A DNA stretch of 64,000 bases from Candidatus Uhrbacteria bacterium. GTDB taxonomy: Bacteria; Patescibacteriota; Patescibacteriia; UBA9934; GWF2-40-263. The number at the start of each line of letters is the position of its first letter. The first letter of the stretch is position 1. A model generated the notes under the pieces. That model was not told the origin of the DNA, ran no database searches, and was given only the letters and a program-made list of their open reading frames with translations. The DNA is taken from the NCBI GenBank assembly GCA_016188475.1, contig JACPHT010000007.1:16467-80466 (forward strand), read 5' to 3'. The position numbers and the translations under genes were made by a program. Shown here in pieces: positions 37,976-48,385 of the stretch.

Positions 37976-39379
37976 TTATTTCCGCCACTTCATATTTATA
38001 TTCTTCACTATAACTTTTCCGCCGAGTGTTTCAATGAGTGGGGTTGAGAACGTAAACTTCCAACTATCTTTTTCTAAAATTATTGGTTCGGAATCAAATT
38101 CAAATGTTTGCACATACCACTCTCCTTCTTTGCGCGGAGAAACATACGTCGTTAAAATATATTCTATACTCGAATTCTCGATGTCAGTATATGGACGAAT
38201 CGCCGCTGGGTCAGGAGAAAAATATTGCGAAGTTGAAAACGCAATTGGAGTGTCAACAAAAACTTCAATATCGCCTTTTGGAATTTCAACTATTTTTAAT
38301 CCTGGGTCAGCCTGAAAAGTAAACATCTCATATGGTTGTGAAATTGATGAAATTTTACCGTTTATTTTCACATCTTGAACTCCTTCTGCATGACGAGTTT
38401 GTATTTGAAGTCGTTGCGACGCAGTCCAAAAACTTATTGTTTTGGTTGTTTCACGGTAACCAATTTCATCTCCAATGTAAACCATGTTTAGAAATACAAG
38501 TTTGTTTTGCATCGTGTTAATTTTTCTGAAAAAGATGTCCCGCGAAGCGTTCAAAACTATTTTATACACTCCTTCAGGAAGTCCTGGCACAGATAAAACG
38601 AGTTTTCTTATTGAAGAAGGAACTGCATCGCGTTTTAGATCTCCATCATCTTCAGCGCGCGCGTTCGCGACAGGTTTACCATTTTCATTAAATACAATAG
38701 CGACAACCGGATCAGAACCCTCGTCTCGATTCATATCCATATACTCAAATTCAAATGAGAGAGTTTCGTTTTTGATATATGTTTTCGCCTCATGTCCGCC
38801 ACGCAAGCTCACTGAAATTGTTTGAAGTAACGAAGATGGTTTGTAATCTGGCAAACGAAGCGATACCGGGTAGTCAGCTTTATAAACAGCAACGCTTTCT
38901 CGTCTTGGCGGGTTCAAAAGAAAATCATCAATCGAATCGTAGCTTGATTTTTTTTGCAATAGTGTCAACCCATTTTGAGTAATTTTTTTCCACGATAAAT
39001 TATCTATCAAAAGATTTTGAAGTGGACGCAGATCGTATCCTTCCGGATTCGTGCGAACACGTCCGCCAAATTCCACGATCGGAACAGTTTCATTTTGAAA
39101 CCAAATCTCAAAAGATAATTTTGAAAATGCTCGATGTGGGTGAAGAAAAAAGAAAACAGGATCAGAAATTATTGCTTGCGACCATTCATTGTTTTTTTTG
39201 ATCGGTTTGTCAACGCGATCAGAAGGAGCAAGCGCATCGATATATGCAGACGCGTCTTGCACAGAATGTTTAATCTCAAATTCACCGCTTGGAACAAAAT
39301 ATTGTTGGCTTAGATAAAAAAGTATGCCAAGTGGAATTAAAATTAAAATTAATTGTATCAATCGTAAAAAAAATTTCAT
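37976..39379 (-). CDS. Membrane-anchored hypothetical protein
   Basis: N-terminal TM, beta-rich 467-aa ORF, 4-nt overlap with the upstream gene. Confidence 0.7.
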   Translation of the reverse strand: MKFFLRLIQLILILIPLGILFYLSQQYFVPSGEFEIKHSVQDASAYIDALAPSDRVDKPIKKNNEWSQAIISDPVFFFLHPHRAFSKLSFEIWFQNETVPIVEFGGRVRTNPEGYDLRPLQNLLIDNLSWKKITQNGLTLLQKKSSYDSIDDFLLNPPRRESVAVYKADYPVSLRLPDYKPSSLLQTISVSLRGGHEAKTYIKNETLSFEFEYMDMNRDEGSDPVVAIVFNENGKPVANARAEDDGDLKRDAVPSSIRKLVLSVPGLPEGVYKIVLNASRDIFFRKINTMQNKLVFLNMVYIGDEIGYRETTKTISFWTASQRLQIQTRHAEGVQDVKINGKISSISQPYEMFTFQADPGLKIVEIPKGDIEVFVDTPIAFSTSQYFSPDPAAIRPYTDIENSSIEYILTTYVSPRKEGEWYVQTFEFDSEPIILEKDSWKFTFSTPLIETLGGKVIVKNINMKWRK

Positions 39380-40992
39380 GGAAAAATGTAATAAAGAGAC
39401 TCTTCGCTGAATGTTTTGATATGCTTGATCTGTAAACCTAGTCCCTTGAGTTTAGATTGGTTTAGATAGTCAAGGTCGCCTTGTGGAAAAGTAATTCCGA
39501 AGTAGTAAAGAGACGTTTTTTCAGCAATTTTTGGCATCAAAGAATATGTTGCTTCTGATCTAAGCGGATAACGAACATGTCGGTCTGGGAAAAAAAGTTT
39601 GTCGCCTCGATCAACAATAATTACAGAATCAGGTTGTGTCAGAGCAAGCACTTCTTTTTTCGTTTGACGAGATTCTCGTAAAATGTCCGCAACTCGAGTA
39701 AGTGCATCTTGCCCTTCAAAAAAAACAATTCTTACGTTAAGTCCAACAATAAAAACAATGATCGAAACCAAAAATAAATTTCGCGCTAATTTTGTTCGTC
39801 CTTTTGATGATGTCCAAACTATCGCTTCGCTAATAAATGGAATTGAAAGAACGAAAATCGGCAACCAATATCTAACGTAAGAATTCGCAATTGTAATTTG
39901 TGTCGTGTCTGGATTGTCAAACAGGACCCAGCTTCCGTACCAAATTCCGAGCCAAATTGAAATGATCAAAAATAAAATGACATAAAATTTCTGACGAACG
40001 AATGCGATCATGATTCCAATAAGCGCTAAAACAGAAAGCCACCAAAATAGAATCATGCCATAGTCTGAAACGTTTTGAATAACTGATCGCATGGAAACTC
40101 CGAAAGGAAATAAAAACGACGGACTCTGCGCGATTTGTTCTTGCGCGATCAATCCATTTGATAAAACAGGAACGGTATAACCTGTTATGAATGGATTTCC
40201 GTATGTTGCAAAATTGAAATAAAAAAATGGAAAGAGACCGATCACAACACCGATGAATAATAGAAAAATTTCTTTCGAACCATTTTTTTTAATATGAAAC
40301 AGTCCTAACAGCGCAATGACAATTGCAACCCAATAAACTTCTGATGCGCGAACAAAAAGTGAAAATCCGATCAAAATACCTGAAGCAAAAATATCAATTG
40401 TTTTTTGAAAAAAACGCAAGCGTCCAAGACGATTCTCACAACGTTTCAAATGTTTATAAATAGGTCGACAATAAAAAAAGTAAGCGGACAATATCAATAA
40501 ACATACAAATAAAACATTGTGCATCAGGCCTCGAGCACTGTAATACCAAACCGCTGGATGAGTCAAAAAAATCAATGCGCTAATATCCGAAACTTTCTGT
40601 GAAAAAAAAACTGAAAAAATGCGACGAATCGCAAGCGCAGAAAAAATTGCGATCAAAGGCGTTAATAACAATAAAATCCAATCGCCAAAAATAAAACTCA
40701 TGGCTCCGTACAACATTGGCAGTCCGAGAAAACTCCCCGGCATTAGAATCCCATTTCTTACAACCATGCTTCGTGGATGAAGCGCATCAAAAAAATCTCC
40801 GCTTAACGCATCTTTGACAAAAAACGTTCCTGTTTGTGAAAAATTACGGGAAAAAAAAGCGTTTGTTGTCTCGTCAGGCGAAACAAAAACATCCCCTGCC
40901 CCAGCGCTTGAAACGACGACTGTTCCAATTAAAAAAATAAGCGCAACTACAGAAAATAAAACCCAAAAAAAACGAGGTGTCTTATAGTCCAT
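39376..40992 (-). CDS. Polytopic membrane protein, GT-C glycosyltransferase-like
   Basis: TM1 followed by FVSPDE, many TM segments, YVRYWLP; start moved to 40992. Confidence 0.65.
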   Translation of the reverse strand: MDYKTPRFFWVLFSVVALIFLIGTVVVSSAGAGDVFVSPDETTNAFFSRNFSQTGTFFVKDALSGDFFDALHPRSMVVRNGILMPGSFLGLPMLYGAMSFIFGDWILLLLTPLIAIFSALAIRRIFSVFFSQKVSDISALIFLTHPAVWYYSARGLMHNVLFVCLLILSAYFFYCRPIYKHLKRCENRLGRLRFFQKTIDIFASGILIGFSLFVRASEVYWVAIVIALLGLFHIKKNGSKEIFLLFIGVVIGLFPFFYFNFATYGNPFITGYTVPVLSNGLIAQEQIAQSPSFLFPFGVSMRSVIQNVSDYGMILFWWLSVLALIGIMIAFVRQKFYVILFLIISIWLGIWYGSWVLFDNPDTTQITIANSYVRYWLPIFVLSIPFISEAIVWTSSKGRTKLARNLFLVSIIVFIVGLNVRIVFFEGQDALTRVADILRESRQTKKEVLALTQPDSVIIVDRGDKLFFPDRHVRYPLRSEATYSLMPKIAEKTSLYYFGITFPQGDLDYLNQSKLKGLGLQIKHIKTFSEESLYYIFP

Positions 40993-41560
40993 ATGTAAAC
41001 AAACTGATAACCGCAAAAACGATAGCAAGCGATAAAGTTCCGATAGAAACAGGAATAAATAAATCGTACCCTGCCCAAATTGCTATAAGTAAAAATACAA
41101 CTCCGACAACCTGTAAAAACATTTTTGTTTTTCCAAAAATATTCGCGCTCGTTATTTTTCCATTAAGTTTCCGAAAATAACCGCCGACAATAATCAGTAA
41201 TTCCAAAAAAATGATTATAAGACCGAAAACAAGATTAACGTGTTTTACAACAACTAAAAGCACAACTGATGAGATCAAAATTTTGTCAGCTAATGGATCG
41301 TAAAAAGTTCCCCATTCTGTAATTTGTTTTCGAATACGAGCAAGCGACCCATCCAAAGCATCAGTTAAAGCGACTATAAGAAAAAATGGAACTCCAACAT
41401 CATAATTTTCAATTGCTAAAAAATACAAAACAAATGGAATGCAAAAAAATCTTAAAAGAGTCACCATGTTTGGAGTGATAAATCGTGGGACAAGTGGTAC
41501 AATTGTATAGCGCATGAGATAGTCATGCGGAAACATCTTTGCAGGGTCTCGCTGATTCAT
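40982..41560 (-). CDS. CDP-alcohol phosphatidyltransferase (PgsA-like)
   Basis: TPNMVTLLR, TDALDGSLAR..T.WG..YDPLADK. Confidence 0.9.
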   Translation of the reverse strand: MNQRDPAKMFPHDYLMRYTIVPLVPRFITPNMVTLLRFFCIPFVLYFLAIENYDVGVPFFLIVALTDALDGSLARIRKQITEWGTFYDPLADKILISSVVLLVVVKHVNLVFGLIIIFLELLIIVGGYFRKLNGKITSANIFGKTKMFLQVVGVVFLLIAIWAGYDLFIPVSIGTLSLAIVFAVISLFTYGL

Positions 41561-43684
41561 ATGAAAATCCTTTTTAACTCTACCATCTTTTCACTGCTAT
41601 TTCTAGCTGTATTTTTACTTAACATATTTATTTTACAATCTTCTTCAATCGGAATGATTCTTCTTGTTATTTATTTATCTGTTTATGGATGGAATACTGG
41701 AGGAATTATAGCTCGCCAAGAAACCGGACCAGCACGATGGTGGATAGGTTGTTTAACATTGTTATCGTGCATTTCTTTAATCTTGACGATCGCGTATTAT
41801 ATTGCGTTTATTCCAAAAGAACTCGTGATTATTATTATTTTGCTCACACCTCCGTTTGTAGATATTTTAAATAAACGAATTGAAGGACCGTCTATATTTG
41901 AAAAATTTCACGATGTCTGGAAAGAACACTCTCACCATATTGGTCGCGGCGTTTTAATTTCAATCTCAATAATTTTATTACTCGGTGTTTTGTTTATTAA
42001 CAAGCTCATAAATTCACCGATCACTGATGCGGTTCGTTCCCCTTGGGATCGCGTTGACCCAAGTGAGATTGTTATAATGGGAATGATTTTAATTTTACTA
42101 TTTGGACTTCTTGCTCGCGGGCGCGAACGAATACTATCACTTATTGCAACATCTTTTGTTTTGTTTCTTTTCGTATCGCTTGTCTTGTTTACTTTTCCAA
42201 TCGGATATGGTTTTGACTCATTTATTCATCAGGCAACTGAACGATATTTAGCGGAATTTGGAACAATCACTCCAAAACCTTTTTATTACATCGGGCAATA
42301 CGCTCTGACGCTTTTTTTTCATCATGGTTTTCAGTTGCCAGTCTCGCTCGTTGATTCATATCTTGTTCCGATTTTGACAGCGGTTCTTGTTCCGAGTGCT
42401 TGGTACACAGCCGCAGTTCACATCACAGGAAAAAAACGTCTGGCAATGTTGACTCTCACTGGTTTATTTTTGATTCCGCTAAGTTCTTTCATTGTGACAA
42501 CTCCGCAAGCGCTCGCAAACCTTTGGACGCTTATGCTTGTTTTGGCTTCAGCGCCTTATGTTTTTTCGGCTGAACGTCCAAGATTATTTTTCTTCGGAAT
42601 TATTGCTCTTGCAACGCTTGCAATTCATCCAGTCGCCGGTCTTCCAGCAATGCTTTATTTTGCACTTCTTTCCACTGATCCTGAACGGGCGCCAGTTAAA
42701 TGGCAAAAATTTTCAAAATTTGTTTTCGGATCGATTGTGACAATCGCAAGTGTGATTTTGCCAATATCGTTTCTCATCAACGCATGGATAAGCAAACAAC
42801 AATTAACAATCAAATGGAGCGCGTTAAATCCAATTCATATTTTGAGCGGATTTAACTTTTCATTATTTTTCGAAAATAAATTTTCTCCGTTTTTGGATTT
42901 TGTTTATCTTTATGGAAGAAACGCATTTTTTATTTTACTGTTTGTTTCTTTCTGCGCTTGGATGATGTATAGAAAAGAAATCCCAAAACGAACTCGCGCA
43001 ATTTTATGGATGATTGTCGCTTTGACTATAAATTATCTAATCATGAAAACAGCGATTGATTTTACATTCCTAATCAACTACGAACGCCTTAACTACGCGC
43101 AACGGCTCGTTCCTTTGATAGGTTTTTTCATTATCCCGTTTTTTATTCTTGGTCTTGGACATTTTCTTCTTAATCTGCAAAACCGTCCTTTATCGCTCAA
43201 TGTATCAACAATTGTTTTATTATGCGCATTTGCTTTGAGCGCATTTTATATGACATACCCGCGCCATGACGCGTACGAAACGAATAGGGGCTTCAACGTA
43301 AGCGCAGATGATCAAGCGGCCGTTCGATTAGTAGAAGACTGGGCTGAAAGTAAGCCATACATTTCTCTTGCCAATCAATCAGTTTCAGCTGCCGCAATTG
43401 AACAAATCGGTTTCAGATATTATGGTTCGCTATTTTTCTATCCCATTCCAACAGGAGAACCTCTATACCAATTTTTTCTGAAAATGAACGACGCTCCAAC
43501 TCGTGAAACTGCGCAAGAGGCTCTTAATTTGGTTCCAATGCACGGCGACATTTACACAATTTTTTATATTGTGAATTCCTATTGGTGGGACTCGCAAAGA
43601 ATTATCGAAACAGCTAAAACAACGGCTGACGACTGGCGAGCAATCAACAACGGTGCGGTGTATGTCTTTAAGTATGAATTTTAA
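41561..43684 (+). CDS. Large polytopic membrane protein (possible GT-C fold)
   Basis: ~700 aa with many TM segments and a YGFDSFIH loop. Confidence 0.65.
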   Translation: MKILFNSTIFSLLFLAVFLLNIFILQSSSIGMILLVIYLSVYGWNTGGIIARQETGPARWWIGCLTLLSCISLILTIAYYIAFIPKELVIIIILLTPPFVDILNKRIEGPSIFEKFHDVWKEHSHHIGRGVLISISIILLLGVLFINKLINSPITDAVRSPWDRVDPSEIVIMGMILILLFGLLARGRERILSLIATSFVLFLFVSLVLFTFPIGYGFDSFIHQATERYLAEFGTITPKPFYYIGQYALTLFFHHGFQLPVSLVDSYLVPILTAVLVPSAWYTAAVHITGKKRLAMLTLTGLFLIPLSSFIVTTPQALANLWTLMLVLASAPYVFSAERPRLFFFGIIALATLAIHPVAGLPAMLYFALLSTDPERAPVKWQKFSKFVFGSIVTIASVILPISFLINAWISKQQLTIKWSALNPIHILSGFNFSLFFENKFSPFLDFVYLYGRNAFFILLFVSFCAWMMYRKEIPKRTRAILWMIVALTINYLIMKTAIDFTFLINYERLNYAQRLVPLIGFFIIPFFILGLGHFLLNLQNRPLSLNVSTIVLLCAFALSAFYMTYPRHDAYETNRGFNVSADDQAAVRLVEDWAESKPYISLANQSVSAAAIEQIGFRYYGSLFFYPIPTGEPLYQFFLKMNDAPTRETAQEALNLVPMHGDIYTIFYIVNSYWWDSQRIIETAKTTADDWRAINNGAVYVFKYEF

Positions 43685-44879
43685 TTGCTATTCTCTCCAA
43701 CTCATCAACGTATTTTTTCAGTGAAAAGCGCTCTGCGCTTTTTTGAATTTCTTTTGTTTTATTCCAAAAAAAATCCCGCTGTTTTTCAAACTTTTTAAAA
43801 GCGTCGGTAAGTGAATCAACACTCCCGGGTTCTACCAGCAAAGCGTTTTCTCCGTCTATAACCAACTCTGGAATCCCGCCAATTTTCGACGCGATGACAG
43901 CTGTTCCAACTTGAAAACTTTCGTAAATAACAGTTGGAGAATTTTCATAACACAACGACGGCAAAACAACACAATCACAATTTCTCATTAATTTTCTGAT
44001 GTGTTCCAATGATATAAATCCGTGGAAAAGAATCCTCGAATCAAGATTAGCTTTTTTCACAACACCTTGAACAGACGCCCCATCTCCAGCAATGTGAAGT
44101 TCAAATGGAAACGAAAGATTGTTTACGGCTTCGAGTAAAACTTTTATTCCTTTATGATCTTCTATCTGACCGACAAACAAAAATTTTATTGGACCATTTG
44201 GCGAAACTGTTTCGCGTTCTTCACGACTAACGTATTTCGGGGTCGGATTTGGAATCACTCGAATTTCTGAATTTGAAAAAAAATTCCGCGCCTTATAAAA
44301 CTCTGCAAGAAAATTCGACGGCGATATCACAACATCTGGCGAACCAATCGCGTGCTTTGTCGCTTTCTCATACAATCGACGGACAAAACCAACTTGTTCT
44401 TTATTGTCTTTATGATCACAAATTAAAATTCCACTTGGAATTGATAATTGAACATCGTGAATTGTGTGAATGTGATGTATCCCCATTTTTTGAACTTGCA
44501 AAGAAGCGCTCATTCCTAAACCTTTTAAGTTGTGCGTAAAAACGACATCGGGTTCTTCTTCTTTGAGCACTCGCTTCAATACAGACTTTGGAAACGGTCC
44601 AAATAAATCTATTACATGCCAAATTAAACGCAAAAAAAATGGAAACTTAGACGCGCTAAAAAGATGATATAAATTCAGTGGAAAAAATCTGTAAACTCGT
44701 TCCACATAATGTTCTGTAACTTTAGGAAACAAACTTTTTATTCCACCAAATGGCATTGTAGTAATTATAAAAACATCATGTCCACGCGAAAAAAATTCAT
44801 CAGCGACTCGTTGAGCAACAAGTTCGGCTCCGCCTCGTTCTGACGGTGGATATAAATTTGAGATTATTCCAATTTTCAT
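43668..44879 (-). CDS. Glycosyltransferase family 4
   Basis: YPP..GGAE, FVGQIEDHKG, PSLCYENSPTVIYE, GGIPE. Confidence 0.9.
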   Translation of the reverse strand: MKIGIISNLYPPSERGGAELVAQRVADEFFSRGHDVFIITTMPFGGIKSLFPKVTEHYVERVYRFFPLNLYHLFSASKFPFFLRLIWHVIDLFGPFPKSVLKRVLKEEEPDVVFTHNLKGLGMSASLQVQKMGIHHIHTIHDVQLSIPSGILICDHKDNKEQVGFVRRLYEKATKHAIGSPDVVISPSNFLAEFYKARNFFSNSEIRVIPNPTPKYVSREERETVSPNGPIKFLFVGQIEDHKGIKVLLEAVNNLSFPFELHIAGDGASVQGVVKKANLDSRILFHGFISLEHIRKLMRNCDCVVLPSLCYENSPTVIYESFQVGTAVIASKIGGIPELVIDGENALLVEPGSVDSLTDAFKKFEKQRDFFWNKTKEIQKSAERFSLKKYVDELERIAIKIHT

Positions 44880-46045
44880 ATATATTCTCGCGTGCTCTTC
44901 TGTTCTAAAACAGATCTGTACGTTTTCTCAAGATTTGATATAGCGGGCTCCCAATCAAAATTAGATTCAGCATTCAATCTTGCGGCTTGGCCAAAACGTT
45001 TTCTTACTTCTGGTTGAGAGAGAAACAACGTTATCGCATTTGCAAGTTCCGTTATATCTTCAGGAGGAACAAGAAGACCTGTGCTTCCGTCCAAAACAAC
45101 AGTGCGAACTCCGGGCAGGTTTGACGCGATGGTTGGAATTCCACTTGCGGCCGCTTCAAGCGCTACAAGACCAAATGCTTCAGCACGTTTCAGAGACGGA
45201 AAAACATGAAAATCCGATAACTGATAGATAAATGGAATATCACGCTCAGCAACATTCCCAAGAAAATGAACCCTGCCATTCAAAATCGATTTTCTAACAA
45301 CTGTTTCAAAACTTGACCGTAAATTTCCATCCCCAACAATAAGCATTTCCCAAGGTTGAGGAGTGATAAGTTTAAGCGCTTCAAGAAGAATAGGGGCACC
45401 CTTAAAATAATGCGCGCTGTCAAGACCTCCAACAAATAATATAACAGGAACATCTGTTCGAATATCCAACCGCCGTTTAAAAAATTCCGCATTGCCTGGT
45501 CGGAATCTGTGAAGATCAATTCCGAAAGGATGTATTTCAACTCGATCCATTGCGCCTTGAATTTCGGAAATAGCTGATCCATTAATATAATCCTTACTGC
45601 TTGCCAGTATCCGATCAGTACGATTCACAAGCCAAGGCAATAAAATTCTTTTATGAGCGTTAAACAAAGTGCCCCGAACACCGTTTCCTGTTGCGTCCAT
45701 GTGATAAGTCATGACAAGCCCTTGATTTGGAGAAATTGCTTTTCGAACTATTGTCGGCTCTGCACCTCCAAAAAAAGGATAATGCAAATGAACCAAATCA
45801 AAGCCTGACAAACGTCGAAAAAGCGATGGCATTACACCGGCATTTCCGATATGCACTATACTTGGAACACGATGCACATAATCTGGATCGTCAACTTCAA
45901 CATGACCTTTTGTTGTAAACACATGAACGTCATACCCGCGCTCTCGCAATCGTTCTGTGTATTCAAAAGCAACATTTCCCATTCCTCCGCGATATGGAGG
46001 ATAGGTGCAAACGACTTGTGCAATTTTTGGTTTTATTTCGGTCAT
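44876..46045 (-). CDS. Glycosyltransferase family 4
   Basis: YPPYRGGMG, FVGGLD..HYFKG, EAFGLVALEA; start 46045 (the longer ORF reads through a REP pair). Confidence 0.9.
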   Translation of the reverse strand: MTEIKPKIAQVVCTYPPYRGGMGNVAFEYTERLRERGYDVHVFTTKGHVEVDDPDYVHRVPSIVHIGNAGVMPSLFRRLSGFDLVHLHYPFFGGAEPTIVRKAISPNQGLVMTYHMDATGNGVRGTLFNAHKRILLPWLVNRTDRILASSKDYINGSAISEIQGAMDRVEIHPFGIDLHRFRPGNAEFFKRRLDIRTDVPVILFVGGLDSAHYFKGAPILLEALKLITPQPWEMLIVGDGNLRSSFETVVRKSILNGRVHFLGNVAERDIPFIYQLSDFHVFPSLKRAEAFGLVALEAAASGIPTIASNLPGVRTVVLDGSTGLLVPPEDITELANAITLFLSQPEVRKRFGQAARLNAESNFDWEPAISNLEKTYRSVLEQKSTREYI

Positions 46046-46116
46046 TGCGAGAAGGCCATAGGCAGACGAAGCAATCTCTAGGATTGCTTCGGTCGCTACC
46101 GTTCCCTCGCAATGAC
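46041..46116. repeat. Inverted pair of CGTC-type REP-like units
   Basis: GTCATTGCGAG..CGAAGCAATCT / GATTGCTTCG..CTCGCAATGAC. Confidence 0.85.
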
Positions 46117-46124
46117 AAAAATCT

Positions 46125-47180
46125 CTAATAAACGAAATATCTAAGTATCTTCCACACAAAACACAATATAGGATTTCCAATCAATGTGACAATAGGATTG
46201 TTTGTTTCCTGATGTATTATTTTACAAGTGAATAATCGGACTATTTCTGCATCGCTAACTTTCCGAATCGAACGTGACTCGCGACGTTTTCGCAAAACGT
46301 ATGTCCATGATTTAGGACTCAACAAACTTGCATACACATAAATCTTTTGTTTAATCCAACCTCCTTTAATTGCAAACAAAAGAAGAGGGATTTCCATTAT
46401 TACCATGAACGGTAAAAGAATCAATAGTGTTGACCAATTCAGATGTGAAAAATGGACAAGCCAACGATTTCGTTCCATCCAAAAAAATTTCTGTATTGAT
46501 CGTTTGAATTCGTAATCATGAAATGAGCGAGATCGTAAAGATAAAACATTTTTATATCCAGCAAGACGAATTCTCCAACCAAGTTCTAAATCCTCGTGAT
46601 ACAAAAACAAAAACGGATCAAGAACACCAATTTTTTTTAGAACTTCAGCTCGATACAATACTGCCGCGCCACTTGCATACGCAATTTCTTCCCCATCACT
46701 CCGACACTCCGTTACTTCATCACTTTTCTCTCCATTATCCCTCACAAATCCGAATCCCAAAAAATGAACCATACCTCCTGTTGAATTAACAATGGCCGGA
46801 TGTTTCCAAAGCAACATGAGCGATTGCACTGATCCTATTTTTGAATCCGACTCTGCCAATGTTACAGCCTCTTTGATCGCGTCGGGATGCAATTTCAAAT
46901 CATTGTTGTGTAAAAAAACATAATCAGCGCCGTGGAGCAAAGCATGATTGATGCCTATATTATTACCTTCTGCAAACCCTAAATTTTTTCCATTTGGAAA
47001 AAACGTGATGTCACTTACGTTTAGCAGATATTCCTGACTGCCATCTGTTGATGCATTGTCAACAAAAATAAATTCCAAACTTTCACGAGGATAATTAAGC
47101 GCGCGTAGTGCGTTTAACACTTCGTCCAAATATCGTTTCCCGTTGTAAGAAAGATAAACAATCGCGACTTTTGGCATCAT
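46125..47180 (-). CDS. Glycosyltransferase family 2 (rhamnosyltransferase-like)
   Basis: VDNASTDGS, NLGFAEGNN, NND, FLYHEDLELGWR. Confidence 0.9.
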   Translation of the reverse strand: MMPKVAIVYLSYNGKRYLDEVLNALRALNYPRESLEFIFVDNASTDGSQEYLLNVSDITFFPNGKNLGFAEGNNIGINHALLHGADYVFLHNNDLKLHPDAIKEAVTLAESDSKIGSVQSLMLLWKHPAIVNSTGGMVHFLGFGFVRDNGEKSDEVTECRSDGEEIAYASGAAVLYRAEVLKKIGVLDPFLFLYHEDLELGWRIRLAGYKNVLSLRSRSFHDYEFKRSIQKFFWMERNRWLVHFSHLNWSTLLILLPFMVIMEIPLLLFAIKGGWIKQKIYVYASLLSPKSWTYVLRKRRESRSIRKVSDAEIVRLFTCKIIHQETNNPIVTLIGNPILCFVWKILRYFVY

Positions 47181-47539
47181 AAATTGTCCTCCTTTGTCCT
47201 CATTTGTCCTCCTTTGTCTTCTTCTTCCACTGCCAACTTTCTCACCAGCTTCGTTATCTCACGCTCAACATCTTCAATTTTTCCAAAAAGCCGAAATATC
47301 AAATAGAATAAAGCGATGAGCGAAATATAAATTACAAAATCCGCGCCGCGTCCTACTCCGACAAGTTTCGCAATAACATCAGTTGTTTGAGGTGATATCG
47401 CAACACCACCAACCACAATCCAAAATACAATCCAAAAAATAAGCCACGCGATCGAAAGTGCTCCTTGTCGAAACTGACGAAGCGTCCGCGAGATCGCGAA
47501 CAAAGCAAATAGAAGAATGAAGATTTGGATGAGGGACAT
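47177..47539 (-). CDS. DUF2304-like small membrane protein
   Basis: Three TMs, GVGRGAD, ITKLVRKLA; typical partner of the adjacent GT2. Confidence 0.8.
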   Translation of the reverse strand: MSLIQIFILLFALFAISRTLRQFRQGALSIAWLIFWIVFWIVVGGVAISPQTTDVIAKLVGVGRGADFVIYISLIALFYLIFRLFGKIEDVEREITKLVRKLAVEEEDKGGQMRTKEDNL

Positions 47540-47588
47540 AGGGAAAAATCTGAAAGGACCGAAAGGTCGGAAATGTCAAAAAAAACAA

Positions 47589-48254
47589 TTACTGTCGGAT
47601 GCGGCGCAAGACTAGTTTAACCAACGTTTTCAAACCAACTGTAAAACTTTGCCCTTTTGAAAGCGAGTAATCAGTGTAGATTGCCTTAATCGGAACTTCT
47701 GCCAAAGTGAGTTTACGACGTCTTGCTTCAGCAATCAATTCAGATGAAACTTCCATGCGATTTGTCTGAATTTCAATCTGTCGTATAGCGTACGCTGTGA
47801 ACGCACGAAAACCGGATTGACTGTCTGTTACCAGTGCTCCAAATAAAAAAAACGTAACAATGTTTCCAAGCACGTTTGCCGCTTGACGATACCACGGCAT
47901 ATCTGTGCGTTTGAGCATTCGCGAGCCGATAACAACGTCCGCTCCTTTTTCAATCGCTTGAATGAACAATGGAATTTCTGATGGATCATGCTGACCGTCA
48001 GCGTCAAGAGTGACAACAATATCTGCTCCAAGTCGTTTTGCCATTTCAAAACCAGTTCCGATTGAAGCGCCAAGTCCGCGATTGATCACATGGCTTACAA
48101 CTATCGCGTTGTGTGCTCGTGCGATTTCCGCAGTTCTGTCACTTGATCCGTCATCTACAACAATAATTTGATCAACAAATGGCCGAGTGTTCGTAAGAAC
48201 CTCGGCAATAGTTTTTTCTTCGTTGAAAGCTGGAATGATGGCGATTGTTCTCAT
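47589..48254 (-). CDS. Glycosyltransferase family 2 (polyprenol-phosphate sugar synthase-like)
   Basis: IPAFNEE, VDDGSSD, LDADGQH, GSR, DSQSGFRA. Confidence 0.9.
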   Translation of the reverse strand: MRTIAIIPAFNEEKTIAEVLTNTRPFVDQIIVVDDGSSDRTAEIARAHNAIVVSHVINRGLGASIGTGFEMAKRLGADIVVTLDADGQHDPSEIPLFIQAIEKGADVVIGSRMLKRTDMPWYRQAANVLGNIVTFFLFGALVTDSQSGFRAFTAYAIRQIEIQTNRMEVSSELIAEARRRKLTLAEVPIKAIYTDYSLSKGQSFTVGLKTLVKLVLRRIRQ

Positions 48255-48307
48255 AGCTGTTAGCTTTTAGGCCAATCGGATTTTCATCCTAATGGTCGGT
48301 ATCTATA

Positions 48308-48385
48308 AGGGAGTGGCTTGCGCCATGTTGTAGGGAACAGCGGCGACAGTCCGCTGGCCCGGAGACATGGTGCAAGTCACTCCCT
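48308..48385 (+). repeat. Covarying hairpin family, copy C
   Basis: AGGGAGTGGCTTGCGCCATGTT-GTA-GGG-AAC-AGCGG-CGACAGT-CCGCT-GG-CCC-GGA-GACATGGTGCAAGTCACTCCCT. Confidence 0.85.
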
